DNA of 64,000 bases from Candidatus Woesearchaeota archaeon. GTDB lineage: Archaea; Nanobdellota; Nanobdellia; Pacearchaeales; GW2011-AR1. The translations under genes were made by a program, and so were the position numbers. The notes under the pieces were generated by a model. The model was not told the DNA's origin and ran no database searches. It saw only the letters and a program-made list of their open reading frames with translations. Every line of letters starts with the position of its first letter. Position 1 is the first letter of the stretch. The stretch covers positions 4,225-68,224 of the forward strand of contig CAZQLD010000003.1 of assembly GCA_964594115.1 (NCBI GenBank), read 5' to 3'. This document shows, in pieces, positions 33,453-42,711 of the stretch.

Positions 33453-34201
33453 ACCTTTTTACATTCCCTCCACATCTCTAAAAATTGATTTCTTAACATA
33501 TTAACTAAAGGTTTAGAATCTGTAAAAATAGTAATATAATCCTTGCCCTCTTTAATTTCTGGCTTTCCTAAAGTAATTCTGGCATACTTATTATCAAAAA
33601 TACTAAACCTTAATGGGTAGTCTCCAAATTTCTTGTTATAATCCTTAATCTTACACCCCACTTCTTTCCATTTCTCAACCTTCCCCATAGTTTTCTCATT
33701 AACAATACCAATAAACTTAACATTAACACCCTTTCTAATTGCCTCTTCAACACCCCTAATCCCTTCACCCCAGTATTTCCAGTTTCTTTGCACTCCTAAA
33801 ATTTCTCTTTCCACATTTTTATTAACTTCAACTAGCTTATTCATAATAGCTTTTTGTCCTTTAATTAAAGAAAAAACAAACTGCTCTTCATTAAGCTTTG
33901 TTTCTTCTAAATTATCAACAGCTTTTTTCAACTCCTTTAACTTTTCTTGTTTTTCCCTAATCTTACAATTAACAAAACTATCTAAATTAATTAATTGATA
34001 TTTTTTTGGTTCAATAGAAACAAGACTAACCATCCCCTGATTTTCAAATCCTCTTAATATAGAATAAATTTTATTTTGAGGGACACTAGAATCAACACTC
34101 AATTCTTTAGGAGAAGCTGTTCTTAACTTAACAAACGAGCTTAACAACCTCGCCTCATAATCTGAGAATCCTAGCTCTTTAAAAAAATCAAATCTTTTCA
34201 T
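33449..34201 (-). CDS. TrmB-family transcriptional regulator
   Basis: N-terminal wHTH LGFSDYEARLLSSFVKLRTASPKELSVDSSVPQNKIYSILRGFENQGMV plus a C-terminal effector-like domain. Confidence 0.7.
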   Translation of the reverse strand: MKRFDFFKELGFSDYEARLLSSFVKLRTASPKELSVDSSVPQNKIYSILRGFENQGMVSLVSIEPKKYQLINLDSFVNCKIREKQEKLKELKKAVDNLEETKLNEEQFVFSLIKGQKAIMNKLVEVNKNVEREILGVQRNWKYWGEGIRGVEEAIRKGVNVKFIGIVNEKTMGKVEKWKEVGCKIKDYNKKFGDYPLRFSIFDNKYARITLGKPEIKEGKDYITIFTDSKPLVNMLRNQFLEMWRECKKV

Positions 34202-34221
34202 TCCCTCCCTACTATTTCCAA

Positions 34222-34260
34222 TTTTTTAAGTACTATTGTACTCTAAAAGTACTTAAAAAA
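34222..34260. promoter_or_regulatory. 13-bp perfect inverted repeat TTTTTTAAGTACT-N13-AGTACTTAAAAAA in a divergent promoter region
   Basis: Arms 34222..34234 and 34248..34260 are exact reverse complements, with a third GTACT in the spacer. The right arm abuts TATATATAA (34261..34269). Confidence 0.55.
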
Positions 34261-34273
34261 TATATATAATCAA

Positions 34274-34624
34274 ATGAGAAAAATAAATATGGAATTCGAA
34301 AATGTTGATTTAATATATTTGAATTTAAGAAAAGGAAAAGATGATTTAGTAATAATGGCTTTAAAAGAGCTTCCAATAAAAGCAGGCATTGAAACTCACC
34401 CCCTTGCTCAACCTAAAGAATCCCATAAAATAATGGCGCGCCTTGGCCGGAGTCTTCATTTAACACATTCTGAGAGGATTAAATACAGTAGATTAGAAAA
34501 ACTTTCTCCGAGAAGATATTCATTAAGACTACTAGTTCAATTTGACTTAAAAACTGAATTAGAGGTTTATGATAAAAAAAGGGGTGTGAAATTCAGAATA
34601 TATGGAAGAAAAGAAGAAAAATGA
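34274..34624 (+). CDS. Hypothetical protein (start may be 34289)
   Basis: ORF only. The internal ATG at 34289 sits about 24 nt from the TATA centre, which fits the leaderless spacing better. ATGA overlap with the next gene. Confidence 0.4.
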   Translation: MRKINMEFENVDLIYLNLRKGKDDLVIMALKELPIKAGIETHPLAQPKESHKIMARLGRSLHLTHSERIKYSRLEKLSPRRYSLRLLVQFDLKTELEVYDKKRGVKFRIYGRKEEK

Positions 34625-35037
34625 AAACCCCAAATTTCAGACTGGCTGTCAAGGCTTTTATTGTAAACAAAGGGAAACTATTTCTTATAAGAAGAACAAA
34701 GGATGATGTTCAAAAACCAAATATATGGGAAATTCCAGGAGGAAGGCTAGAATTAGGAGAGGACCCAATTCTAGGGCTCATGAGAGAAATAAGAGAAGAA
34801 ACAGGAATGTACATACGCCCACTCTGCCCACTTAGCATTAGACATTTTGAAAGAGATGACAAACAAATCATAACTATGATTGTATTTTTCTGCAAACCAA
34901 TGAACGGCTATCTTAAACTAAGTGAAGAGCATTCTGAATTTTCCTGGATTGACTTAAAAAAATGCAAAGATAAACTGACAGATTTCTTTCACAAAGAAGT
35001 TGATATATTCCACAGACTTGGACTAGATAAAATTTAG
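34621..35037 (+). CDS. NUDIX hydrolase
   Basis: Nudix box GGRLELGEDPILGLMREIREETGM. Confidence 0.8.
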   Translation: MKTPNFRLAVKAFIVNKGKLFLIRRTKDDVQKPNIWEIPGGRLELGEDPILGLMREIREETGMYIRPLCPLSIRHFERDDKQIITMIVFFCKPMNGYLKLSEEHSEFSWIDLKKCKDKLTDFFHKEVDIFHRLGLDKI

Positions 35038-35043
35038 CTTAAA

Positions 35044-35736
35044 ATGCCTGGAAAAACAATTTCTGATTATGTGATTGCCTTAAGAGAAAAAGGCTTAGAA
35101 AACCTTGCAGCAGACCTGGATACAATAAAAGCAAAAGATTACCAAAGACTAAAAAACTCAGGACTCCCTGTATATGCTGATTTTTCCCTTCAATCAACAG
35201 AATTCTCAGAAAAAAACAAAAAACTAATGAAATTTTTATCTCAATATCCAAGAGTTACAATTAGGGCACTTCCTAAAACATCTGCCTTACCAAGAAGGTA
35301 TAAAATATGTGTAAGAGGTTATAAAGAGTGCTCAGAATTTTTAGAACAGGAAGTTCCTAAAAACAAAAGAGAAAAATACTCTATGCTTTTAACAGAATAT
35401 AAACCAAGTAATAGTTCAGGAATTATAATTATAAAAAAAGATATTGCAATTGCAGAAGTTGCAGAAGCAGGCCTAGCTGCTTTTTCTCATGATGAAACTC
35501 TATGTTATACAGGGATTTTCGGAATTTTTAATTATCACAAATTTAGAAAAATAAAATTCATATCTCCTAGAAAAGGAAGAATAAAAAACAAAGTAAAACA
35601 AGCAATGCACAAATCACTAATGTACATAACAAAAGCAGGACTTCCAGAACCAGAAGGGTATTTTGAATTTATTATAACTGAAGATGGAGAAATCAAATTC
35701 CTAGACTATAAAACAGCTCCATCATACCTTTCTTAA
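35044..35736 (+). CDS. Hypothetical 230-aa protein
   Basis: ORF only. Third gene of the operon divergent from the TrmB-like gene. 44-nt convergent overlap with the peptidase gene. Confidence 0.4.
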   Translation: MPGKTISDYVIALREKGLENLAADLDTIKAKDYQRLKNSGLPVYADFSLQSTEFSEKNKKLMKFLSQYPRVTIRALPKTSALPRRYKICVRGYKECSEFLEQEVPKNKREKYSMLLTEYKPSNSSGIIIIKKDIAIAEVAEAGLAAFSHDETLCYTGIFGIFNYHKFRKIKFISPRKGRIKNKVKQAMHKSLMYITKAGLPEPEGYFEFIITEDGEIKFLDYKTAPSYLS

Positions 35737-36553
35737 GAAACCACACCAAAATCAAAAAAGCTAATAAAAAACTTGGAGTAAAAGGAATCCCTTCTTTAAC
35801 CAAGACTTTCCTTCTTACTTTTTTTAGTATTTTTAACTCTTTATCAGACAAACCTTCCCAATTCGGCTTTATCCTCTTTTTCCCTACTTTAACAGGCTTA
35901 TACAACCAGTCTCCTAAAGTTAGCTCTCTTGTATGCTTGCTCCTAACCATACAACTCTCTTCTATAGCCTTAGCATAAATATAAAGAAAAGGAAAAATCA
36001 AAACTATTAAAGAAAACCATACAAATAAATACATTTCCATAAACAAAACAAAGATTAAAACCAAGGCAGCAAGAAAAATAAAAATTTTGAAAACTTTTTT
36101 GTTTTTATCAAACTGTTTAAAAAACTCTTTAATAAATTTTTTTCTGTTCTTATAAGACAGTACAAAGCTATAAGTTAATCCATAAATACTTCCAGTAAAT
36201 AGTAGTAGAATAATAAAATAAAGAAAAATCTGCAGATTTTCATACAGGAAAAAAGAAAAAGGAAGTACAGCTCCTAGCCCCATCAATAATTTAGCATCTC
36301 CTCCAGCAAAAACTCTTCCATAATAAAACAAGTTAGCAAGCAGGAAAAAAATTGCAAATCCTAATAAGCCATTAATAAAATAAAGATAATTTTCAAAAAA
36401 TACAGAAACAAAAGCCCTATAAGCTAAAGCAATAGCAATAAGTGAAAAATTCAGCCAGTTAGCAACCTCTCTTTTTCTAAAATCCTGAATAATAGCTATA
36501 ATAATCCAGATTACAGCTAAAACAATCAAAAAATAACTTTCAGCATTTATCAT
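35693..36553 (-). CDS. Prepilin/preflagellin peptidase (A24 family, PibD/FlaK-like)
   Basis: Polytopic. IIQDFRKREVANWLN (first Asp context) and FAGGDAKLLMGLG (second Asp, GxGDxK-like). Confidence 0.8.
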   Translation of the reverse strand: MINAESYFLIVLAVIWIIIAIIQDFRKREVANWLNFSLIAIALAYRAFVSVFFENYLYFINGLLGFAIFFLLANLFYYGRVFAGGDAKLLMGLGAVLPFSFFLYENLQIFLYFIILLLFTGSIYGLTYSFVLSYKNRKKFIKEFFKQFDKNKKVFKIFIFLAALVLIFVLFMEMYLFVWFSLIVLIFPFLYIYAKAIEESCMVRSKHTRELTLGDWLYKPVKVGKKRIKPNWEGLSDKELKILKKVRRKVLVKEGIPFTPSFLLAFLILVWFLKKGMMELFYSLGI

Positions 36554-36726
36554 CTTTAGGTCCCTGTTTTAGTCCTCCCTCTTCCGCCTCTTTTATAAAC
36601 TCTCTGTTTTCTCTTCCTTTTCTTGTCTTTTCTTGTCTTCCTTTTCTCAGGCATACCATACTCCATTTTCTAAGCTAAAACTCCAAGTATAAAAAAACAG
36701 GAAAAGAATTATTTAAATGTTGCTTA

Positions 36727-37080
36727 TCACTGAGGTCCAATTGGACTGCATCCCTCGAAGATATCACAAGGTTCAAGCCCCACGTCTAGTCTCTCTAGAG
36801 CTTTACAATTATATTTTGCATCTGTTTTCGGACTTTCTTCACCAAACTTCACTGGCCTCATTCTCTCACAATAATCATTCTTCATGTTTGTTGTACATGC
36901 TACCTGGCATGCCTGAACAACACTATCAATATTACTTCCGCCACCAAAGAAACCAGATATTCGCCCCCATAAATTACCCCAGCCACCTGTAAATCCCAGT
37001 ATAAGCACAACTAAAACCACTAAAGCCAACACTATAATAACAATTGTTCCTATTGTTAATTCAGCACCTTTTTTATTCAT
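36727..37080 (-). CDS. Type IV pilin-like protein, 117 aa, 6-Cys C-terminal domain (major pilin candidate)
   Basis: MNKKG|AELTIGTIVIIVLALVVLVVLILGF class III signal peptide pattern. Own cassette B promoter plus AAAGAGG Shine-Dalgarno. Paralog of 42712..43089. Confidence 0.7.
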   Translation of the reverse strand: MNKKGAELTIGTIVIIVLALVVLVVLILGFTGGWGNLWGRISGFFGGGSNIDSVVQACQVACTTNMKNDYCERMRPVKFGEESPKTDAKYNCKALERLDVGLEPCDIFEGCSPIGPQ

Positions 37081-37116
37081 TTTTTATTTACCTCTTTTAA
37101 TTTATTATAAACTTAG

Positions 37117-37156
37117 TTTCTTTATTCCTAAGTTCTTTCTTTTTTAAGGAAAGAAG
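37117..37156 (-). promoter_or_regulatory. Cassette B upstream of the 117-aa pilin gene
   Basis: 38/40 identical to cassette A. Lies in the 94-nt gap between 37175 and 37080. Confidence 0.6.
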
Positions 37157-37174
37157 CTATGTTTTTAAAGGTTT

Positions 37175-37639
37175 CTAAATCTGCTTTTCAAATTGCTCAT
37201 TATAAGTGTAAACAGCATTAAAAGTATCTGTTCTTGTGTTTAATGTAATTTTGAACTCTGCTGTCACAATATTATTTTCTGTGTCATATTCTATATGCTC
37301 CTCATCAATCTGTTGCTCTATCTGGGAAAGTTCTGAAGTAACAAACTTATTATTTATTTTATATTCAATTAAACCTTCTGAAAAATTAGCAATAAAATCT
37401 TGTTTAAAATCTTGGCTGTTTCTTGTTTTTACAACAGCCTTATTCATAATTTCATTAATATAAAAATCAAGCTTTCCTTTTGTCAAATAAACCCCATCTA
37501 TAAATCTGGAATCCACTAAATTAGCTTTTATTTTTCCCGAACTTATAATAAAGATGATGGATGCTGCTCCTGCCACTACTATCGCCATAAGAACTAATAA
37601 TGTTGCTGCAAGATCTGCTTTTTTATTTTTCATTAACAT
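37175..37639 (-). CDS. Pilin-like protein (154 aa)
   Basis: M(LM)KNKKA|DLAATLLVLMAIVVAGAASIIFII. The start overlaps the upstream stop. Confidence 0.6.
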   Translation of the reverse strand: MLMKNKKADLAATLLVLMAIVVAGAASIIFIISSGKIKANLVDSRFIDGVYLTKGKLDFYINEIMNKAVVKTRNSQDFKQDFIANFSEGLIEYKINNKFVTSELSQIEQQIDEEHIEYDTENNIVTAEFKITLNTRTDTFNAVYTYNEQFEKQI

Positions 37640-38289
37640 TCTTTTAACTGTCTATATTTAATTTCAAAAATTCTATTTTTATAAGGAATACTTATATCTG
37701 CTGTTGGAGTCCATTTCATCAACCTTTCTTCACTATTATCGAAAATATCATATCCTATAGATTTCTTAGTGTATAATCCTCCAGGCCTTATGACTCCTTG
37801 AGAAATCTGCAGATAATAATCAGGACAAAAAGAATCTAATTTTTTAGCAAGTTCTTTAGCAAACTCCCTATCCCTTCTGCCCGCCTCTACAAGTTCGTCT
37901 CTGTCAAACAGGGCTGACTCAGCCTGATTAAAGTCAATCTTCTCAAGCGAATCTGCAGAAAGATAGGTTTTAAATGCCCAATCTATTAAACTTTGGCCAT
38001 TTGGATTTTTTATTTCAAAATAATAATCTAATGAAGAAGAAATACTATCTAAAACCCTCAGTTCTTCTCCATCAACTTTCATAGGACTATTTAAATAATC
38101 TATCAAATCCCTCTGTGCATCAAAAACTTTTGAATCATACTTTAGAGGTTTTAAAACCTCAATTCCTTTTGTTTCTGCAAGAATAATTGTAGAAGATAAA
38201 AACAAAATCATGACAAAAAATATAATTAAAAATGCAATAACCCATGTGAGGGTAGCTGGTATTTGCGCTTTTTTATTCTTGTAGTTCAT
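37633..38289 (-). CDS. Pilin-like protein (218 aa)
   Basis: MNYKNKKA|QIPATLTWVIAFLIIFFVMILF. Confidence 0.6.
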   Translation of the reverse strand: MNYKNKKAQIPATLTWVIAFLIIFFVMILFLSSTIILAETKGIEVLKPLKYDSKVFDAQRDLIDYLNSPMKVDGEELRVLDSISSSLDYYFEIKNPNGQSLIDWAFKTYLSADSLEKIDFNQAESALFDRDELVEAGRRDREFAKELAKKLDSFCPDYYLQISQGVIRPGGLYTKKSIGYDIFDNSEERLMKWTPTADISIPYKNRIFEIKYRQLKEC

Positions 38290-38300
38290 TTTTTAACAAA

Positions 38301-38795
38301 TTAAACTTTATTTATTTCCTGATCAGATCCAGCTAAAATATTTAATTCAGCTTCTTTAACTTCTCCATTATCATAATACAAAACTCTTTCATTTTTTTCA
38401 GAACATCTTGGATAGTGTCTTGCCTTTATTGCTCCACTTATTTCACAATCTTTTTCAAAAGAAACAGCTCCTCCTATGACTTCCTCTCTCAGAAGATTGT
38501 CTCCATTATAAGCAGAGATTTTAAAATGAAAATTACTTGTTCCTTGAAAAACTTCTTTTTTCAAATTGCATTTCTCAAAAATATCAAACTCTCCATCTAA
38601 AAAATCCTGTCTTAAGTAACTATTATCAACCAAACATCTAACAATTCTTTCTGATAAAATATCTGCTTCAAACTCCTTAATATTAACATCCGCATTAAAA
38701 TAAATTAAAACCCCTATAACTACTGCCCCTCCGATGACTACTAATACAAAAATCCACCATACAGATAGTATTTTTTCTCCACCTTTTTTATTCAT
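38301..38795 (-). CDS. Pilin-like protein (164 aa)
   Basis: MNKKG|GEKILSVWWIFVLVVIGGAVVIGVLIYF. 8-nt overlap with the upstream gene. Confidence 0.55.
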   Translation of the reverse strand: MNKKGGEKILSVWWIFVLVVIGGAVVIGVLIYFNADVNIKEFEADILSERIVRCLVDNSYLRQDFLDGEFDIFEKCNLKKEVFQGTSNFHFKISAYNGDNLLREEVIGGAVSFEKDCEISGAIKARHYPRCSEKNERVLYYDNGEVKEAELNILAGSDQEINKV

Positions 38796-39189
38796 TTTTC
38801 TCCTTAATTTTTATTTCTAAATTCTCCTGAATAAATTTTACAGAAACATCATAATCTGAAAAATACTGAAAACCATGCCCTCCTTTATTAGACAAACTAA
38901 CAATAACCCTATTTTCCTCTTTATCTAAAGAAACAATATTATCTATTGCTTTTCCGTTTTCTTCTGCAAGCTCTACTGCCTTCCCCATATCTAAACCAAT
39001 AACCATATCTGGTTCTGCATTATCTATTAACAAAACAATTTGTTTTGCATACATTTCTTCATAAATAAAAGCTCCTTTTCCTGAAGTATACACAAATACT
39101 AATAAAAGAAAAATAAATACTAAATTCAAAACTATGAATATAGTTGTTTCAAGAACAATCTGATCTGCTTTTTTACATCTAATTTTCAT
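38788..39189 (-). CDS. Pilin-like protein (133 aa)
   Basis: MKIRCKKA|DQIVLETTIFIVLNLVFIFLLLVFVY. Confidence 0.6.
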   Translation of the reverse strand: MKIRCKKADQIVLETTIFIVLNLVFIFLLLVFVYTSGKGAFIYEEMYAKQIVLLIDNAEPDMVIGLDMGKAVELAEENGKAIDNIVSLDKEENRVIVSLSNKGGHGFQYFSDYDVSVKFIQENLEIKIKEKNE

Positions 39190-39197
39190 TTTTTATA

Positions 39198-40373
39198 TTA
39201 ATCTATACTCTCAATAACAGAACAATAATGTAAAATTTCATCCTTATTATAATTAATTGTTCTTACAACAGAACATCCCTCTTTTGCCTCACTTCCATAA
39301 CTCACATCCCCGCAATAGCCTGCAGTAACAGCCCGATTTAAAGCTATATTTCCTTGTTGAACACCTAAACCAATTATAGCTGCAGCTATTACAAATTTAG
39401 CAAATGGTGTGATTGTCTTTTTTGAAACTATTTTACCTGAACCTGTTATATATTGTCCTAAAGCATTTCTCATTACAGGCATTTTAACTGTTTGTGTTGC
39501 TACAAAAGCTCCTGGTTTGTATGCTAACCCCAATCCCAAAAATGCTGCCCCTGCTTTCAATGTATCTATAAATACCTCTCCATGTCCTGGAGAACTAATT
39601 TGCATAAAAATGACAGCAAGTTCATCTCCTTGTTTATTTAACTCTATAGGATTCTCAATCTCTCTTAGTTCAAAGTCTCCTAATTGAAAATCTCCTATTT
39701 TTTCTTCCCCTTGTTCTTTTATTTCTTCTATTGTTTGTTTTGCCTCATCCTCTGTTGTTTCCTCAAACAAATCTCCTACACTAATCTTTCCTCCTTCTCC
39801 TATTAAATAATCATAATAAGTAATATCCCTATCAGCAATTTTATATCGCATCATATAATCCATAACATCAACATCTTCTAAATTAATCCCTTTTTCCCCT
39901 AAACTCTCTTTATCAAATGCTATTCTTGAGCAGATAACACAACTTGGATACACATTATCAATCCCATAATCTTCAGCAAGCCACTGGGAAAAAATACTCA
40001 CCTTTCCCTCACCCATAGTGCTCCAACAATCAATAATCTCCTGAGCAATAGCCCTATTTATTTGCTGCACATCTTTTACTTTGATTTTTGTGACACCTCC
40101 TGATTCTCCAAACTCTTCTTCACACCTTCCACCAATAAGTCCCGTAGTAATGCAAATTTTTTGTGTCTTGCATTTTAAAGGAACATAATCTTTCAAACCT
40201 CCAAAAGCAGGCAGAGTCGCCCTATAAATAACACTCTGATGACAAACCTCTCTATCAACCCTTCCTGTCCAATCTAGTCCAAAATAAACAGCTAAAAGAA
40301 TTATGACAAAACTTATTATTAGTATGACTAAAACAACTATTGTTTTTGAAGTAAGTTCAGCTCTTTTTTCCAT
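39198..40373 (-). CDS. Large pilin-like protein (391 aa)
   Basis: MEKRA|ELTSKTIVVLVILIISFVIILLAVYF. Cys-containing globular part and a late hydrophobic stretch FAKFVIAAAIIGLGV. Confidence 0.6.
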   Translation of the reverse strand: MEKRAELTSKTIVVLVILIISFVIILLAVYFGLDWTGRVDREVCHQSVIYRATLPAFGGLKDYVPLKCKTQKICITTGLIGGRCEEEFGESGGVTKIKVKDVQQINRAIAQEIIDCWSTMGEGKVSIFSQWLAEDYGIDNVYPSCVICSRIAFDKESLGEKGINLEDVDVMDYMMRYKIADRDITYYDYLIGEGGKISVGDLFEETTEDEAKQTIEEIKEQGEEKIGDFQLGDFELREIENPIELNKQGDELAVIFMQISSPGHGEVFIDTLKAGAAFLGLGLAYKPGAFVATQTVKMPVMRNALGQYITGSGKIVSKKTITPFAKFVIAAAIIGLGVQQGNIALNRAVTAGYCGDVSYGSEAKEGCSVVRTINYNKDEILHYCSVIESID

Positions 40374-40410
40374 TTTAAATTATATTCTTTGATGTTTTTT
40401 AAGTTATTGT

Positions 40411-40503
40411 TTAGGAGGTAAGGGTTTTTATTATAAAATAAACTGCCACTAAAAGCAAAACAAACAATGTTATCCACAATAATTTCTTTATTAAGTCTTC
40501 CAT
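40411..40503 (-). CDS. Doubtful 30-aa hydrophobic ORF
   Basis: MEDLIKKLLWITLFVLLLVAVYFIIKTLTS. GGAG lies only 2 nt from the ATG, which is poor spacing. Confidence 0.2.
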   Translation of the reverse strand: MEDLIKKLLWITLFVLLLVAVYFIIKTLTS

Positions 40504-40538
40504 CACTCCTTTTTTAGTTTTAAAAATTTTTCTTAATA

Positions 40539-41345
40539 TCATTTTTCCTTATATTTTAAAATAATTTCATACTGTCCTTTTCCCTGTCCACTAAGAACAG
40601 CAAGTTCATAACGCAATTCTTTCGCCTCTTCCAATGCTCTAAAACCCTCTGTTGAACGGTAGTTTCCTGCATTAAAAACATCTTGATTAGTAAGTTTTGA
40701 TTCTATTTTTAAGCTATACCACATTCTTTTTTCCTCAAAAAAAGCATCAAATATAGTTTCCAGTTCTTCTCTGTCTGTTCCAAAAACTCCAGAGGGTTTA
40801 ATCTTTGATTTAATTAATTCCAAAAATGTTTGCTCTCCTTCTTTACGCTCTAAAAGCTCTTTTAAAATTCCGGTAGGCTTATTAGCAATAATATTCACAT
40901 TTTCTCCTAACTTGCTAAAATAAATATAAAGGGGGAGATTCTCAAGATAAATGCAATCTGAATAAATCTTTTGAGAAATCACACAAACATCTTCTACTTT
41001 TACAGTTTTAACAGATTCAGAAATACCGCTCTGACAACACTTCTCGCTACTTTCTTTCAAGTAATTTTTATCACACATACATAAATTATCTTCATATGAA
41101 ATTAAAACCCAATCCTTAGGACTATTAATTAGTTCGCTACTTTCCTCATCATTTAGACTATTGACTCTAGCAACAATCTTCTCTAGAGTAGACCTTGCCT
41201 GTGCAAGTTCTGATTTTACTATAAATAAACTATAAAGGCTAACAGCTAGATAAACTAAAGCAATTATGCATAAAACAGCAATTATAAATTTCAAAGTTGT
41301 TTCTGGTAGTAATGTTATTCCTCCCTTCTTGCTTTTATTTTTCAT
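40539..41345 (-). CDS. Pilin-like protein (268 aa)
   Basis: MKNKSKKG|GITLLPETTLKFIIAVLCIIALVYLAV. 11-nt overlap with the upstream gene. Confidence 0.55.
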   Translation of the reverse strand: MKNKSKKGGITLLPETTLKFIIAVLCIIALVYLAVSLYSLFIVKSELAQARSTLEKIVARVNSLNDEESSELINSPKDWVLISYEDNLCMCDKNYLKESSEKCCQSGISESVKTVKVEDVCVISQKIYSDCIYLENLPLYIYFSKLGENVNIIANKPTGILKELLERKEGEQTFLELIKSKIKPSGVFGTDREELETIFDAFFEEKRMWYSLKIESKLTNQDVFNAGNYRSTEGFRALEEAKELRYELAVLSGQGKGQYEIILKYKEK

Positions 41346-42558
41346 TTTGACAAGCCTCTATTAAATCTTGCTTTATTTTAGACCTTTGTTTCATATGCTC
41401 CCAATAAGAATCATCAACATACAAATATTTATGTTCTGGCTGCTCATACTTCTGCCATGTTTTACTTAAAGTAAAAGGTGATTTATAGAGATTATAAAAC
41501 TGATCTATTGAATAACAAGAAACTGGAGTATAAAGAGGGGAAGCTGTCCCATATAATCGATATGTTCCTCCAGAATAGTCAAGATCTAAAGATTGTTCCA
41601 ATAAAGCATCTTGAAAAGCTTTCATTAAATCCTGTTCCAAATCAGAAGCTAAATCAATATAATCTCCTTCATAAGTGTACTTTATAACTCTTACTAAGGC
41701 CCTATCTTTAGTCAATAAATATCTCTCAGCTCCTGAAAAATAAAAATAAAGCCCTTTTTCTGAGTCAAGTTTGACTTCTGAATCTTTATTTCCATAATTA
41801 ATTTTTAGTCCATTTAAACTATCAACTAACTCATCCCTCTTCTCCCTTAATCCTATCTGCACTTCATCAGGAATCTCATTATCTACATTCCTCCAAGCTC
41901 CGTCCTCAAAATACTCTAATTTCTCGTCTTTTAATCCATAACTTCCAAAATCCAATTTGACAATACATCTTCCCTCTCCATCATCTAAAAGAACATCAAC
42001 TTCCTTGTCTAAAATAACCTTCCTTATTGGAATCTCCCCAACCTCTTCTTTTGTCTTGCACAAAAGCCTTCCGAAAAGACGAGAACCCTCTAACAATCTT
42101 AAGTCTTCTAAAGAAACATACTTATTAACATCATGAGAATCATAATTTTCAATTACATCTTTATCTATTGTCAATAATTCATCTTTTATCTTTCCAACAC
42201 CTATATTCTTCTCAGCAACGCTAATTAAAAAATCCATTTTCTCTGTATTTTCATAAAGAACATACAAACTTATCTTCCTATTTCCAGGGAGCATAAACAA
42301 CTCTCTAACATCGCCCCAGATTTTAACATCATGCTTTCCAATTTCTGCAATCTTCTCATCGCATCCTAATAGCGCTAGTTTATCAGGAGAAAGTGAAGTA
42401 TAATCTACCTCTTTATCTCCTTCATATGCATAATCAGGCAAGCCTCTCAACCACTCTAAAATATCTACCTTAAATATAAATATTAAAAGAGCAGCTAAAA
42501 TGAGAATGGCTATTATAATCAAGACTAATTTATTTATAGTAAGATCCGCCCTTCTCAT
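41335..42558 (-). CDS. Large pilin-like protein (407 aa)
   Basis: MRRA|DLTINKLVLIIIAILILAALLIFIF. ATGA-type overlap with the upstream small ORF. Confidence 0.6.
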   Translation of the reverse strand: MRRADLTINKLVLIIIAILILAALLIFIFKVDILEWLRGLPDYAYEGDKEVDYTSLSPDKLALLGCDEKIAEIGKHDVKIWGDVRELFMLPGNRKISLYVLYENTEKMDFLISVAEKNIGVGKIKDELLTIDKDVIENYDSHDVNKYVSLEDLRLLEGSRLFGRLLCKTKEEVGEIPIRKVILDKEVDVLLDDGEGRCIVKLDFGSYGLKDEKLEYFEDGAWRNVDNEIPDEVQIGLREKRDELVDSLNGLKINYGNKDSEVKLDSEKGLYFYFSGAERYLLTKDRALVRVIKYTYEGDYIDLASDLEQDLMKAFQDALLEQSLDLDYSGGTYRLYGTASPLYTPVSCYSIDQFYNLYKSPFTLSKTWQKYEQPEHKYLYVDDSYWEHMKQRSKIKQDLIEACQNEK

Positions 42559-42710
42559 TTTCCTCTGAATCTAAACAAGTTTTTGATGAGCTCTAGTAGA
42601 GATATATTCTTAGCTCTCAGAATAATTAATCCACCAACAACCACAATCAAAATAACAGCAGCAACAATCCACCACACAAGAACCTCCATTTCAATAGCTT
42701 TTTTATTCAT
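42555..42710 (-). CDS. Small pilin-like protein (51 aa, below cutoff)
   Basis: Hand translation: MNKKA|IEMEVLVWWIVAAVILIVVVGGLIILRAKNISLLELIKNLFRFRGK. Starts 2 nt after the upstream stop and its stop overlaps the next ATG. Confidence 0.4.
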   Translation of the reverse strand: MNKKAIEMEVLVWWIVAAVILIVVVGGLIILRAKNISLLELIKNLFRFRGK

Positions 42711-42711
42711 T

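Noticed and set aside
35693-35736. 44-nt convergent overlap of ORF 35044..35736 with the peptidase gene as a regulatory feature
   Set aside because: It is probably just compact 3' ends, or a slightly mis-extended end of the orphan ORF. No structure or motif was seen.
36556-36666. 36-aa extremely basic ORF (MEYGMPEKRKTRKDKKRKRKQRVYKRGGRGRTKTGT) between pilin and peptidase genes
   Set aside because: It is a purine-rich low-complexity stretch that also contains a TTTATAAAAGAGG box and GGGAGG. This is more simply read as the peptidase promoter/leader. Nothing independent supports coding.
36717-36992. Tracked plus-strand 91-aa ORF
   Set aside because: It competes with the minus-strand pilin gene, which has a class III signal peptide, an SD, a cassette promoter and a paralog.
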